From the NCBI GenBank assembly GCA_963837955.1, contig CAWIPH010000002.1:2656001-2720000 (forward strand): a stretch of 64,000 nt of DNA, read 5' to 3'. Position 1 is the stretch's first letter. Each line of letters starts with the position of its first letter. A program made the position numbers and the translations under genes. Below the pieces are notes generated by a model. That model saw only the letters and a list, made by a program, of their open reading frames with translations, made no database searches and was not told the DNA's origin. Of this stretch, positions 49,389 through 60,419 are shown piece after piece. This DNA comes from an uncultured Verrucomicrobiae bacterium. GTDB lineage: Bacteria; Verrucomicrobiota; Verrucomicrobiia; Chthoniobacterales; JAFAMB01.

Positions 49389-52300
49389 CTAGCTCCCCAC
49401 TACCTGCAAGAGGCCGCGCAAAGGGATCGCCGTCCATTTTGGCCGATTGTTTAGCTCGTAACGCAATTCGTACATCGCTTTCAGGACCGAATAGCTGCGC
49501 AGCAAAGCACGTAAGTCACCTCGATCAAAAGGAACAAAGACAGCGTTAGCGGCTGTTTCCAAGTAAGCGCCTAGAAAGACCTGGCCGGCCCGCGTCGCCC
49601 ATAGATCGGCGAACGCACCTAGTGTCTGGCGATCTTCCGGGCGTACGGTTCGTGACTCAAACAAACTGTAGTGCGCGACATAATGGAAAGAGCGAAGCAT
49701 GCCGGCAATATCAACCATGGCGGATCGCTTCAATCTGCGCTCCCCGAGCGGGCGAGCCGGCTCGCCTTCGAAATCAAGGATCACATAGTCTTTTCCGGTG
49801 AACAGGATCTGCCCGAGATGATAGTCTCCGTGGATTCGAATCTTATGCACATGAATGGTGTCGTGTAGCAGATACTCGTGCGAACTCATCAGCTTATCAC
49901 CGATAGACATCACCTGGTCCGCCAGCGCTCGTGGATACTCTTCCAATCCGCTCAGATTCCTCCCGAGCAAAGTCAAAGTCAGCTTGGATTCGCTCCGGAT
50001 CGATTGGTAGACCGATCGTTGGTGTTGCAGTGTGAATGGCTCCGGTCGGAAATCAGGCGAATCGGCATCGGCCGCCAACGCCAGATGCATTTCGGCAGTT
50101 CGTTGGCCCAAAAGGCGGACCGTTTCAAGGTGCACTCCCTCGATCACAGTGAGTAGTTGCTCCGGGATCTGATCCCACAGCCCGAGTCTAGGCGGCTCGG
50201 GCAGGGTCGGGTCACCAAGAACGCGATCGAAAAAGCGATCGACTGCCGCGAGCGTGTGGGTCCAGCCATCTTGCTCGTTGCCGGTAAATACTTGGGCCAT
50301 CGCTAGCGCAGCCGGATCTTGACCGCGAGCAATGTACTGCATATCGCCCAGATAACTCGGAACGTGCGGGAAGCCGCATCGTTCACTCAGTTGCTTGGTG
50401 ACTTCCAGATCAGGATTTAGTCCCTCATCCAATTTCCGGAATAGTTTCAGGTAAATCTGCTCGCCGTAGATGATCGAGCTATTACTCTGTTCCACCTTCA
50501 ATGCTTTAGAGACTTCCGGAAGCCCGTTATCGGCCATCTCCAGTAGTCGCTTGGAACGGCTCGGGCTAAGCTGGCCGCTGCGTCCTGGGACCGATCCTCC
50601 GGAAACGATCGATTTCAGGAGAACTCGATGGAAATTCGTCGAGGCAACCGCATCCACCATTAAATCGCCCTCCGCGCCAACCCTGGCAATGACTGCACCC
50701 GGGTATTCGACTTCGATCGATCTGGCCTCCTCTCCCGAAACAACTTTGACGGGTAGCGCATACAGATCCCGTGCTCCCTCTGAAAAATTCACGCCAATGA
50801 TGAGGAACAGGGTTGAGTCTTCGGAGCCTAGATCAACCAGATCAACCAAAACGGTACTAACAATGCTGCGCGATTTGCTCCGGTACCATCGGGCAGCGCG
50901 CATATAATTGATGAGGTCACGTTCAAGAAATCTTGCCCCGGCCGGTGAAGACCACCACGCGGCGGTGCCGTTGTAAGCAATCGTTGGAAGATATTTTTCA
51001 CCGGCGGAAACACCTGCGACTTCCGGCGGCGTTAATAACAACCAATAAAACGAGGTTGGGCCGAGCGTGATCGGGTAAGGACCGTCCCGAATCACTGGAA
51101 ACCGGCCGTGACCGAACGCGTCTTCCGGCGTCCAACCTGCCCAGGGTTGAAGATCCAACTCAACCGCTTGGGTAAAACGGGCGAGGTTTATTACCACCAG
51201 GATTGTCTGCGTCTCATATGTGCGGGTGAAGACCAGCACCTTGTTGTTTGCTGGGAACAGCATCCGAAAATCACCGTGACCGAACGCGGGAAACCGTTTG
51301 CGCATCGCGATGATCCGGCGCATCCACCAAAGAAAGGAAGAGAGATTAGTCTCCTGTACTTCGACGTTGATCGCTTCGTAGTGAAATTCCGGATCGATGT
51401 TAACCGGCAGAAACAAAGAGTGCGGATTGGCTCGAGAAAAGCCGGCGTTTTTGTCCGCGCTCCATTGCATCGGCGTACGGACTCCATTGCGATCGCCCAA
51501 ATAGATGTTATCTCCCATTCCGATCTCGTCGCCATAGTAAAGGATGGGGCTTCCTGGCATAGAAAACAGGATGGCGTGAATCAACTCGAGCTTACGTCGG
51601 TTGTTGCTCAAGAGCGGAGCGAGCCGGCGCCGGATACCGAGGTTGAGGCGAGCGCGCGGATCGCGAGCGTAGACGCGATACATGTAGTCACGCTCCTCCT
51701 CTGTCACCATCTCGAGCGTCAGCTCATCGTGGTTGCGCAAGAAAATCGCCCACTGGCAATTTTCCGGAATGTTCGGCGTTTGGTCGAGGATGTCGACGAG
51801 CGGATAACGATCTTCCATGTGCAGCGACATGTAGATCCGCGGCATGATGGGAAAATTGAATGCCATATGACATTCGTTGCCATTTCCAAAGTAAGCTACC
51901 GCGTCATCCGGCCACTGATTGGCTTCCGCCAAAAGCATCCGGTCGACGTATTTTTCGTCGATGTGAGCTCGAACCTTTTGAAGATATTCGTGTGTCTCTG
52001 AGAGATTCTCGCAACTCGTTCCTTCGCGTTCAAAGAGATAGGGCACCGCATCGAGCCGCAGCCCATCCACTCCCATATCGAGCCAGAAATCGACGACCTT
52101 GAGCATAGCTGAACAGACCTCGGGATTGTCGTAATTCAGGTCGGGCTGGTGGGAATAAAAGCGATGCCAGAAATACGATTTCGCGATCGGATCGTAGGTC
52201 CAGTTACTGATTTCAGTATCTTTGAAGATGACGCGAGCTTCCTGATATTTATTCGGATCATCCGACCAAACATAATAATCGCGCCACGGATCACCAGCTA

Positions 52301-52694
52301 CCGCCCGTCGCGATCGTTGGAACCATATATGCTGATCGCTCGTGTGATTGAGCACCAGCTCGGTGATTACCTTGAGACCGGCTTCATGCGCGGCTTCCAG
52401 GAACTGCCGAAAATCATCGAGCGTTCCGTATGACGGATGCACGTTATAACAATCCGCGATGTCATAGCCATCATCGCGCAAGGGCGACGGATAAAATGGG
52501 AGCAACCAAATCGCGGTAACGCCAAGATTCCGCAAGTAGTCGAGCTTGCTGAGCAACCCCTGGAAGTCTCCGACGCCGTCGTTGTTAGCGTCGCAGAAGG
52601 TCTTGATATGAAGTTGATAAATTATGGCGCCTTTAAACCAGTTCGAGCTCGCTGGTTTGGCGACGTCATGTGTTTCGGTAGTCGGAATCTGCAT
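49389..52694 (-). CDS. treS: Trehalose synthase fused to maltokinase-like domain
   Basis: SPLRDDGYD, HQPDLN, RLDAVPY, FLRNHDELT; C-terminal EQSNSS, HGDYHLGQ, DFEGEP. Confidence 0.96.
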   Translation of the reverse strand: MQIPTTETHDVAKPASSNWFKGAIIYQLHIKTFCDANNDGVGDFQGLLSKLDYLRNLGVTAIWLLPFYPSPLRDDGYDIADCYNVHPSYGTLDDFRQFLEAAHEAGLKVITELVLNHTSDQHIWFQRSRRAVAGDPWRDYYVWSDDPNKYQEARVIFKDTEISNWTYDPIAKSYFWHRFYSHQPDLNYDNPEVCSAMLKVVDFWLDMGVDGLRLDAVPYLFEREGTSCENLSETHEYLQKVRAHIDEKYVDRMLLAEANQWPDDAVAYFGNGNECHMAFNFPIMPRIYMSLHMEDRYPLVDILDQTPNIPENCQWAIFLRNHDELTLEMVTEEERDYMYRVYARDPRARLNLGIRRRLAPLLSNNRRKLELIHAILFSMPGSPILYYGDEIGMGDNIYLGDRNGVRTPMQWSADKNAGFSRANPHSLFLPVNIDPEFHYEAINVEVQETNLSSFLWWMRRIIAMRKRFPAFGHGDFRMLFPANNKVLVFTRTYETQTILVVINLARFTQAVELDLQPWAGWTPEDAFGHGRFPVIRDGPYPITLGPTSFYWLLLTPPEVAGVSAGEKYLPTIAYNGTAAWWSSPAGARFLERDLINYMRAARWYRSKSRSIVSTVLVDLVDLGSEDSTLFLIIGVNFSEGARDLYALPVKVVSGEEARSIEVEYPGAVIARVGAEGDLMVDAVASTNFHRVLLKSIVSGGSVPGRSGQLSPSRSKRLLEMADNGLPEVSKALKVEQSNSSIIYGEQIYLKLFRKLDEGLNPDLEVTKQLSERCGFPHVPSYLGDMQYIARGQDPAALAMAQVFTGNEQDGWTHTLAAVDRFFDRVLGDPTLPEPPRLGLWDQIPEQLLTVIEGVHLETVRLLGQRTAEMHLALAADADSPDFRPEPFTLQHQRSVYQSIRSESKLTLTLLGRNLSGLEEYPRALADQVMSIGDKLMSSHEYLLHDTIHVHKIRIHGDYHLGQILFTGKDYVILDFEGEPARPLGERRLKRSAMVDIAGMLRSFHYVAHYSLFESRTVRPEDRQTLGAFADLWATRAGQVFLGAYLETAANAVFVPFDRGDLRALLRSYSVLKAMYELRYELNNRPKWTAIPLRGLLQVVGS

Positions 52695-52835
52695 ACAAAA
52701 TCAATGGTTGTGAAGCGGTGGTCGATCAGAGGTGCGTCGCTTGGTGTTCGCTTGCCTTTCAATAGGTCTTTCGAACTGCGCTAAAATCATACAGAAATTC
52801 AAGTGACTGCTAGAGGTTGCTCCACCATGGCTTGT

Positions 52836-54101
52836 TTAAGGGAAGAGCCCACGAGCTTTCTTCGCCTGCATTACCTTCTCTACTCCGATGGCCAGAGCAG
52901 CGAGCCGATGTGGAATCCTTTCTTCTTTGGCCCGTTTGATCACCGCCCCGAAGGATTGTTCCAAAACCCGGAAGAGGCGATCCACTACTTCGGTCTCGTT
53001 CCAGAAAAAGCTTTGTAAGCTCTGCACCCATTCAAAATACGATACAATGACGCCACCGGCGTTACAGAGAATGTCCGGCAAAACAAATATCTCGTTCCAC
53101 CGTTCGAACAGAACCTTGTCGGCTTCGACGGTCGTGGGACCGTTCGCGGCTTCTGCCAGGATTCGGCATTGGATTCTGGCGGCATTTTTCTTATTGATGA
53201 CGCCGCTTACTGCGGCCGGAATCAGCACATCGCAAGGAATTATCAGAAGTTCATCGGCTGAAATCAAATCCGCCCCGGGAAATCCGCCAAGGGCGCCATA
53301 CTTTTCTACATGCTTGTCGGCCGCCTTGATATCGATGCCCTCATCGTTCCGATAGGCGCCGGAGATATCGCTGATGGCAATCACCTTCATCCCGCTCTTG
53401 AATGCAAGGCCGCGAGCGGCGACCGCGCCAACGTTCCCGTAGCCTTGGATCACCGCCGTCCCTCCGGCTAGTTTTAACTTCAACTGATGAGCGGCCCGCT
53501 CAACCAGATAAACCGCTCCCCGCCCTGTCGACTCGCGGCGTCCGGACGTCCCGCCGACACTAACCGGCTTTCCCGTTACAATTTCCGGGACCGCATGCCC
53601 TTGGTGAGACGAATAGGTGTCCATAAACCAAGCCATGATCTGCTCATTGGTTCCCATATCCGGTCCCATGATGTCGGTATGAGGTCCGATGAAAGGAATC
53701 ATTTCCTGCATGTAGCGCCGGGATAGGCGTTCCAATTCGCCGGGGGAAAGTTTGCGCGGATCGCAATCAATTCCACCCTTGGCCCCACCGTACGGCAGAC
53801 CGCTCAACGCACATTTCCAGCTCATCCACATCGAAAGAGCAGCGACTTCGCCAAGGGTGACTCCAGGTGCGAAGCGCGTGCCTCCTTTGGTTGGTCCCAT
53901 TGAAAGATGATGCTGTACCCGATAGCCTTGAAATACTCTCGTCGAACCATCGTCCATATGAACTGGCACTGCTACAGTCACCGACCGCTTCGGGTACATG
54001 AGGCGTTCACGGAGATTATCCGGAATCCCTAAATAATCCGCGATCAAGTGAAACTGATCGCAAGCCATTTCAAAGGTCGGGTCACTATAGATTTGCTGCA
54101 T
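52836..54101 (-). CDS. gdhA: Glu/Leu/Phe/Val dehydrogenase (glutamate dehydrogenase)
   Basis: GP.KGG.R, GGAKGG, PDMGT, VTGKP, QGYGNVG, EAANGP, NAGGV.VSYFEW. Confidence 0.92.
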   Translation of the reverse strand: MQQIYSDPTFEMACDQFHLIADYLGIPDNLRERLMYPKRSVTVAVPVHMDDGSTRVFQGYRVQHHLSMGPTKGGTRFAPGVTLGEVAALSMWMSWKCALSGLPYGGAKGGIDCDPRKLSPGELERLSRRYMQEMIPFIGPHTDIMGPDMGTNEQIMAWFMDTYSSHQGHAVPEIVTGKPVSVGGTSGRRESTGRGAVYLVERAAHQLKLKLAGGTAVIQGYGNVGAVAARGLAFKSGMKVIAISDISGAYRNDEGIDIKAADKHVEKYGALGGFPGADLISADELLIIPCDVLIPAAVSGVINKKNAARIQCRILAEAANGPTTVEADKVLFERWNEIFVLPDILCNAGGVIVSYFEWVQSLQSFFWNETEVVDRLFRVLEQSFGAVIKRAKEERIPHRLAALAIGVEKVMQAKKARGLFP

Positions 54102-54119
54102 AGACGGATCGAATACGAC

Positions 54120-54150
54120 AAAGGGCCGCGCTGCGGGCGGCCCCTTTTTT
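54120..54150. terminator. Terminator-like hairpin in the gdhA leader
   Basis: AAAGGGCCGC-GCTGCGG-GCGGCCCCTTTTTT, ~20 nt upstream of the gdhA ATG. Confidence 0.6.
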
Positions 54151-54448
54151 CGATTCAGGAGGGGAGTTGAGGTCTGGGAAACTGGCGTTTCACTGCCCGT
54201 AGAATGTCTCGCATTTCCGCACTCCGCAACCCTGGAGGGATGACAAATGACAAATGCATCCCCCCCGCCGACAAGATCAACCTTGGGTCACGCCCGGCCG
54301 CCGCAAGCGGCGCACCCTCCGATAGGCACCGCGACTTTTTATCGGTAAGCTTGCCCTATTTGTCCTCTGTCATTTGTCTTTTGTCATCGGTCATCTGTCA
54401 TTTCGTATTGAACCGGCGGCCGATTGCGGTTAACCCAAAAGACTCCAG

Positions 54449-56950
54449 ATGGTTGGGAATGACCGGCCCGCAGTAGCAAGGTGGCATGAGATTTTCGATA
54501 CCCAAGGGTATTCGAGACCACAGTATGCCAACCTTCTAGCCAAGCTCAAAAGTTATCCACCCCCCTATCTCCGCGAGCTGGAACAGCGCCTGCACGCCAG
54601 CCTGCGGGAACTGGGCATCACTTTTGGGAGTTCTCAGAGGGATCGAGCAAATACCTGGTTTTCAGATCTACTCCCTCACCTCTTTTTGCCCGAAGAGTGG
54701 GATCTAATCACACGGGGATTCCAGCAAAGGGTGCGCGCATTCGAGAGTTTGCTGCAGGATATTTACGGCAAAAGAGAAATCCTCCGGGAAGGCGTACTAC
54801 CGATTGCCCTGATTATCGGTAGTCCTCACTTCCAGCGGAGCGCCGTTGGCCTAAAACCGACCAACGGACGGTATCTCCATCTGAATGGGCTCTGCCTTTG
54901 CCGCGCTCCGGACGGACGCCTTACGGTAAAGCATCATTATTTCAGTCATCCCTCCGGGATTTCATATATGATTCAGGATCGGCGCCTGCTCGCACGAGTG
55001 GTGCCAGATCTGTTCGAAGATCAGCAGGTCGAGCCGATGGCGGACGTCCCGACCGAGATTTTGTTACGGCTAAGGAGCATGGCCCGAACGAGCGATCCAT
55101 CGGTGGTCCTCCTTTCGTCGGGAGTCGCAAGTGCCGTTTACTCCGAGCACAGTTTTCTGGCACGTCGTATGGGTGTTCCGCTGGTCCAGGGCGGAGATCT
55201 GCTCGTTTTGAACGACTCTCTATTCCTGAAAACCGTTTCAGGTCTGGAGAGGATTGACGTGATCTACTCGAGGGTTGCCGACCCTTGGCTCGATCCGCTC
55301 GTTTTCCAATCGGACAGCCGCATCGGCGTACCCGGACTCATCCATTGCTTGCGAAAAGGTACCGTAGCGCTCGTCAATCCCATCGGTTCCCAACTGGCTG
55401 ATGATCGCAGCCTTTTGCATTTCTCAAACGTTATCATTCGCTACTACCTCGGAGAGTGGCCAATCTTGCCGACCATCCAAACCTATTGGCTCGGCGACCT
55501 GGACCAGTGCGAACTCGTGCTGGAAAACCCCGAAGCCTTCCAAATTCGGACACTGACGGGAGAACGATTCCTTACCGTGCATGATCTGGAGAATGGCCCC
55601 GATGAGCTCCGCACTTTGGTCAGAAGAACACCCCACCTCTTCGTCGCCCAACCGAGAGAGGATGCCGCGAGAACGATCGGATTGGTTAAGAATCGGGAAG
55701 TGGAACGCCTGCAAGATCATATCATCTACGGAATGCGGAACGGCGAGGGATTCGAACTTTTTCCCGGAGCGTTGACTCGCCTCTCAGCGAAGCCGGGAGG
55801 GCGAACCGAGTCCGAATATGGCGGAGGAGGAAAAGATACATGGGTCCTTCGTTCGCCGACCCAATCGGTGCCAGTTCCACACCTACCCAATCCCGCTCAG
55901 GTTCTTTTGTCGCGGCGCGTTACTAGCCGCGTAGCCGAAGCTTTTTACTGGCTTGGCCGCTACCTCGAGCGTTCGCAAGAAGTGGCGCGGATGATCCAAT
56001 TCGTCGAGACGGTCGAGATGGAAGAGCTCAATGCGGTTGAGCGGAAATTGTATCGGCCAATCTGGAACCATTTATTGCCTCCGCTAGATACACCCGGCAA
56101 ACGCGGCCGCCGCGGCATCAGTAACGTCAAGGAGCGGTACCGGCTCGTTCTCGAGGTTGATCAACCTGGATCGATCGCTTCGATGATTCGAATGGCTTTA
56201 GCAAACGCAAATTCTCTCCGGGATGCAATTAGTCCAGAGGCCTGGTCGGTGCTTTCGGAGTTGCAGAGTCGTTTTGAACGTAAACGTTTGCAGCTGCGCA
56301 TCAGCGATACCGACGCCCGCCGATTGACGCGGCGATTGGCTCAATCCGTGCTGTCGCTGGTGCCGCAATTTATTGCCATCGCCCAACAGACAATGTTGGC
56401 GGATGATGGCTGGCGTTTCTGCGAGCTCGGGCTCTACATAGAGCGAGCGGTCGGTACGGCAAACGCGACCTATGGGGTCGCCCAATCGATCAAACAGCGT
56501 GCCGGAACACGCCAGGGATTGGACATTGAGCTCTCTGCCTTTCTCCGTTTGCTCGCTTGTCGGGACGCTTATCGTCGCATTTATCAAGCTCGATCGGAAC
56601 CGGCCTCTGTCTTCGGGTTTCTTTGGCAAAACTCTGAGATGCCGCGCTCGGTCATGTTTTGTCTACAGAATTGCTCCAGGCTCCTCGCCGCCTCGCTTCC
56701 CGCCGCTTCCGCCAACGCCGAGTCGGGATTGACCTATTTGCAAGGGATCATTCGGCAGGTGCGCCGGCTCGATTGGTATGCCTTTTTCATCTCGGATGTC
56801 GAAGACACCGAACTCGTAGTACAGAGCGACGAATTAGTAGCCCTTATCGGCGAGCTGCTCGACCGAATCCAAGAGCTGCATCATGTGGTCACTGACCATC
56901 TGTTGAGTCACCAAAGCATTATTTCAGAGCCAGAGCCGATGCTGTTCTAG
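54449..56950 (+). CDS. Circularly permuted type 2 ATP-grasp fused to alpha-E domain
   Basis: PSG.SY, EHSFLARRMG..LVQGGDL, DVIY.RV.D..LDP, GGGKDTWV; alpha-E RVAE..YWLGRYLER and LG..IERA. Confidence 0.9.
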   Translation: MVGNDRPAVARWHEIFDTQGYSRPQYANLLAKLKSYPPPYLRELEQRLHASLRELGITFGSSQRDRANTWFSDLLPHLFLPEEWDLITRGFQQRVRAFESLLQDIYGKREILREGVLPIALIIGSPHFQRSAVGLKPTNGRYLHLNGLCLCRAPDGRLTVKHHYFSHPSGISYMIQDRRLLARVVPDLFEDQQVEPMADVPTEILLRLRSMARTSDPSVVLLSSGVASAVYSEHSFLARRMGVPLVQGGDLLVLNDSLFLKTVSGLERIDVIYSRVADPWLDPLVFQSDSRIGVPGLIHCLRKGTVALVNPIGSQLADDRSLLHFSNVIIRYYLGEWPILPTIQTYWLGDLDQCELVLENPEAFQIRTLTGERFLTVHDLENGPDELRTLVRRTPHLFVAQPREDAARTIGLVKNREVERLQDHIIYGMRNGEGFELFPGALTRLSAKPGGRTESEYGGGGKDTWVLRSPTQSVPVPHLPNPAQVLLSRRVTSRVAEAFYWLGRYLERSQEVARMIQFVETVEMEELNAVERKLYRPIWNHLLPPLDTPGKRGRRGISNVKERYRLVLEVDQPGSIASMIRMALANANSLRDAISPEAWSVLSELQSRFERKRLQLRISDTDARRLTRRLAQSVLSLVPQFIAIAQQTMLADDGWRFCELGLYIERAVGTANATYGVAQSIKQRAGTRQGLDIELSAFLRLLACRDAYRRIYQARSEPASVFGFLWQNSEMPRSVMFCLQNCSRLLAASLPAASANAESGLTYLQGIIRQVRRLDWYAFFISDVEDTELVVQSDELVALIGELLDRIQELHHVVTDHLLSHQSIISEPEPMLF

Positions 56951-56951
56951 A

Positions 56952-57101
56952 GTAGCCTGATGCTCCAGCCTCAGGGAAAACGCTGGTGAACGGTGTTTAA
57001 TGAAAGGGGCGGTGAGAGATTTCTGCCTGGGATCTGCCGATAGGCGTTCACCAATCCCCTCTCACACGCTGTAGCCCCCTGAGCCAGGAGGATCAGGCTA
57101 C
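56952..57101. repeat. GTAGCCTGAT REP doublet enclosing a heptamer-like core
   Basis: GTAGCCTGATGCTCCAGCCTCAGGG / CCCTGAGCCAGGAGGATCAGGCTAC IR (3 mismatches); core shared with 16124-16165. Confidence 0.75.
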
Positions 57102-57158
57102 ACTGCTTAGTGGATTTGTCATTTGTCATTTGGTATTCGTTATTCGCTGCACCCCCCA

Positions 57159-59090
57159 ATGAGCATCCCTGAAAAAGCTCTCGCGTTTTGTCGCCGATCG
57201 CTCGCCGAGCGCGATCAGTTTTGGAAAGAACAATCTGAACGCATCTTTTGGCACAAACCGTTCGACCAAGTATGTGATTTTAGCCGGCCACCTTTCGCTC
57301 GCTGGTTTGTCGGCGGTGAGACCAATCTTTGCTACAATGCGGTCGACCGGCACCTCGGCGAACGAGGCGAACAAATTGCCCTCCACTTCATTTCCACAGA
57401 AATAGATGCACAACGCTCATTTACCTACCGCGAGCTAGCAGAGGAAGTTAACACCTTTGCTGCCATCCTGCGTTCCCTCGGTCTGCAGCGCGGTGATCGG
57501 GCGATCATCTACCTGCCGATGATTCCGGAGGCAATCTTTTCGATGTTAGCGTGCGCTCGCATTGGGGCAATCCATTCCGTAGTCTTCGCCGGATTCGCAC
57601 CGGCCAGCCTGGCTACTCGCATCGATGACGCCGAAGCGAGCGTTTTGATTACCGCCGACGCGGGTCTGCGCGGCGGCAAGTTGATCCCTCTGAAACGCCT
57701 GGCCGACGAGGCGGTCGCCCTCGCTTCGCGACCGCCGCGACATGTGCTCGTTTGCGCCCGAGGCCTTGATCCGGATATGCCGTCTGATCCCCGCCGTGAT
57801 CGAGACTATGCAACCTTACGTGAAGAGCATTTGAAAGACCAAGTACCGGTAGAGTGGCTCGAGAGCTCGGAAATATGTTATTTGCTATACACCTCCGGTA
57901 CAACGGCCAAACCAAAAGGTATCCAGCGCGATACCGGTGGCCACGCCGTCGCCCTCGCTCTGGCCATGCAAAACATCTTCGCTGGTAATCCTGGCGAGAC
58001 TATGTTCACGGCCGCCGATGTCGGTTGGGCAGTTGGCCATTCTTTCGGAGTGTATGGTCCGCTCATTCACGGAATGGCAACAATTCTCTACGAAGGATTG
58101 CCCATCCGGCCAGACGGCGGAATTTGGTGGAAAATTGTGGAGCAGTTCCAGGCGTCGGTGATGTTCACCTCACCCACGGCCATTCGCACGCTAAAAAAAC
58201 AAGATCCGGCCTATCTCAAAAAGTATAATACAAGTTCGCTGCGTTACTTGTTTCTTGCTGGTGAGCCTTTGGACGAACCAACCTGGCGATGGATTCACGA
58301 GGCACTAGGCATTCCGATAGTCGACAATTACTGGCAGACAGAGAGCGGCTGGCCAATCCTCACACTGCTTCCGCGAATCGAGGAACCGAAGATCAAGCCC
58401 GGCTCACCCGGGATTGCTATGCCTGGTTATGACGCTAGCATCGTTGACCCAGCATCGGGCCAGAGACTGCCGGCAAACAAGAAAGGCGTTCTAGCACTCG
58501 GACTTCCCTTGCCCCCCGGTTGCATGCCGACCGTTTGGAAAAATGACGAGCTTTTCGCTCGACATTACTGCGGCCAATTTTCCGAAAAGCAGCTCTATTC
58601 CACGTTCGATTACGCGATCCAGGACGAAGATGGATACTTCTTTATTCTGGGTCGTTCCGACGATGTGATTAACGTTTCCGGTCATCGTCTCGGCACGCGC
58701 GAGATTGAAGAAACAATCTGTTCCCACTCCGCGGTCGCCGAAGCTGCTGCGGTCGGCGCGAAGGATGAATTGCGCGGCCAAGCAGTCCATTGCTTCGTTG
58801 TCGTCAAGCAAGCCGAGGTATTCGAAGGCGAGGAAAAACGGAACCAGTTACAGAAAGAAATCGAGTCTACCGTGGTCTCGAAACTCGGATCGTTCGCCCG
58901 TCCGGCTGCGATTTACCTGATTCGAGCTCTGCCCAAAACGCGATCGGGCAAGATTCTTCGGCGCGCGATTCTGGCAGCTGCGGAGGGACGCGACACCGGC
59001 GATTTGACGACCTTAGAAGATCCCGCCGCTCTCGAGTCAATTAAGGAAATGATCTTCAGAATGCAGGAGTCAGGAGATAGGGGGCGCTAA
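57159..59090 (+). CDS. prpE: Propionate-CoA ligase (acetate/propionate CoA ligase family)
   Basis: TNLCYNAVDRH, YTSGTTAKPKGIQRD.GG, FLAGEPLD, YWQTESGWP, PKTRSGKILR. Confidence 0.88.
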   Translation: MSIPEKALAFCRRSLAERDQFWKEQSERIFWHKPFDQVCDFSRPPFARWFVGGETNLCYNAVDRHLGERGEQIALHFISTEIDAQRSFTYRELAEEVNTFAAILRSLGLQRGDRAIIYLPMIPEAIFSMLACARIGAIHSVVFAGFAPASLATRIDDAEASVLITADAGLRGGKLIPLKRLADEAVALASRPPRHVLVCARGLDPDMPSDPRRDRDYATLREEHLKDQVPVEWLESSEICYLLYTSGTTAKPKGIQRDTGGHAVALALAMQNIFAGNPGETMFTAADVGWAVGHSFGVYGPLIHGMATILYEGLPIRPDGGIWWKIVEQFQASVMFTSPTAIRTLKKQDPAYLKKYNTSSLRYLFLAGEPLDEPTWRWIHEALGIPIVDNYWQTESGWPILTLLPRIEEPKIKPGSPGIAMPGYDASIVDPASGQRLPANKKGVLALGLPLPPGCMPTVWKNDELFARHYCGQFSEKQLYSTFDYAIQDEDGYFFILGRSDDVINVSGHRLGTREIEETICSHSAVAEAAAVGAKDELRGQAVHCFVVVKQAEVFEGEEKRNQLQKEIESTVVSKLGSFARPAAIYLIRALPKTRSGKILRRAILAAAEGRDTGDLTTLEDPAALESIKEMIFRMQESGDRGR

Positions 59091-59092
59091 AG

Positions 59093-59163
59093 CGTAACGG
59101 CGTATCGGCGTGTCGGCGTGATGGTAGGGCGAAACAGATCCAGCGACAGCAGGATCTGTGAGC
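59093..59163 (+). repeat. Single arm of the GTAG REPIN family
   Basis: CGGCGT octamers + GGTAGGGCGAAACAGATCCAGCGACAGCAGGATCTGTGAGC. Confidence 0.8.
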
Positions 59164-59268
59164 CTTTCGGCCTAGCCGCGGAGGGTTTACGCCCGCTTGG
59201 GATGCAAAGATTTTCTTACAACTTTCGCCTCACTCGCTGTGTATTTACCCCGAACGAGGAACTCACCT

Positions 59269-60255
59269 ATGCATGTTCAAAACGCGCACTCAGTTCTGCT
59301 TATCGCTTCTCTCATAGTGGCGTATTCCGCGACAAGCCAAACGAGCTTGGCGGATTCAATGGACACAATCGCCGAGCAATCGCGACATTTGGCAGAAGCC
59401 GGAAAATGGGACGACGCCAAAGCAGTTCTTCAAGAGCAGCTGACCAAAGCGCAAGATGCCGTCGAAGTAGCACGACTCAAAGCAGAGTTAGCTCATCTTG
59501 CGACGGATTGGAATACCTACTTTCGCAAAGATGAAGCGTCGGTACTTACCGCATTAGCGGAAGCTCGCTCCGCGGTCCAGGCGCATGACGACAAGCAGGC
59601 GCTCGCAACATTGGAAATGGCCGAAGGCCGATTCACCTATTGGAAGGCGCTGGACAACACCAAAGACTGGGGGCCACCAACCGACGATTTCGACCGAGCA
59701 CTTCAGGTTTACCAAGAGCTAGGAGATGAAGTGGGACTCGGCGAGGCGATGTTTTATCGTGGGCTGGTTTATCAGATGCAAGATGACAATCAGCATGCAC
59801 GCCAGATCTTCGAGCAAGCGCTGGCACTCACCCAGAAGACCGGCGACGAACGGATGGAATCGTTCGTGGTGAGACACATCGGCTACCTGCAACAAGCCGC
59901 CGGCGAGATTGATGCGGCTCGAGCTAACTTCCAAAAGTCTCTTCAATTGCGGCAGCGCAACGAGATGAAAGTCTTCGTGCCGTTTGCGCTAATTGCGTTA
60001 GCGGAGTTCGAAGCGGAACAAAAGAACTCTGCGGAAGCAATTAAGCTGATCGAGGAGGCGCTTCCGCTAGCCAAATCGGGGAACAGTCCCCGGGCCCTTT
60101 ATGCAGGTCAGTTGACGCTAGCGAAATGGTACGCAGATGAGGGAAAAGCAGCGGAAGCAAGAAAACTCGCAGAACAAAGCCGAGCCGGTGCCGAAGCATT
60201 TGGAGATCCGAGCGACACGAAAGAAGCCGAGGATTTCCTGAAAGAGCATACGTGA
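59269..60255 (+). CDS. Exported TPR-repeat protein
   Basis: AGGA RBS, signal peptide, ~40-aa repeats (AL.....LGD..G). Confidence 0.8.
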   Translation: MHVQNAHSVLLIASLIVAYSATSQTSLADSMDTIAEQSRHLAEAGKWDDAKAVLQEQLTKAQDAVEVARLKAELAHLATDWNTYFRKDEASVLTALAEARSAVQAHDDKQALATLEMAEGRFTYWKALDNTKDWGPPTDDFDRALQVYQELGDEVGLGEAMFYRGLVYQMQDDNQHARQIFEQALALTQKTGDERMESFVVRHIGYLQQAAGEIDAARANFQKSLQLRQRNEMKVFVPFALIALAEFEAEQKNSAEAIKLIEEALPLAKSGNSPRALYAGQLTLAKWYADEGKAAEARKLAEQSRAGAEAFGDPSDTKEAEDFLKEHT

Positions 60256-60419
60256 GGGTATCCGGTGACCGGTGATCGGTCAGAGGTGATTAGTGATTGG
60301 TGATTTGTGATTCGGTAGCTAGAGCAGCACCTCTCGCCGATCACTAAGCACCGGCGCTAAGGGCGAGCGGCGCCAGAAAACCCAGATCCATAAGCGGATT
60401 TCAGCTACATTTGGGACTT

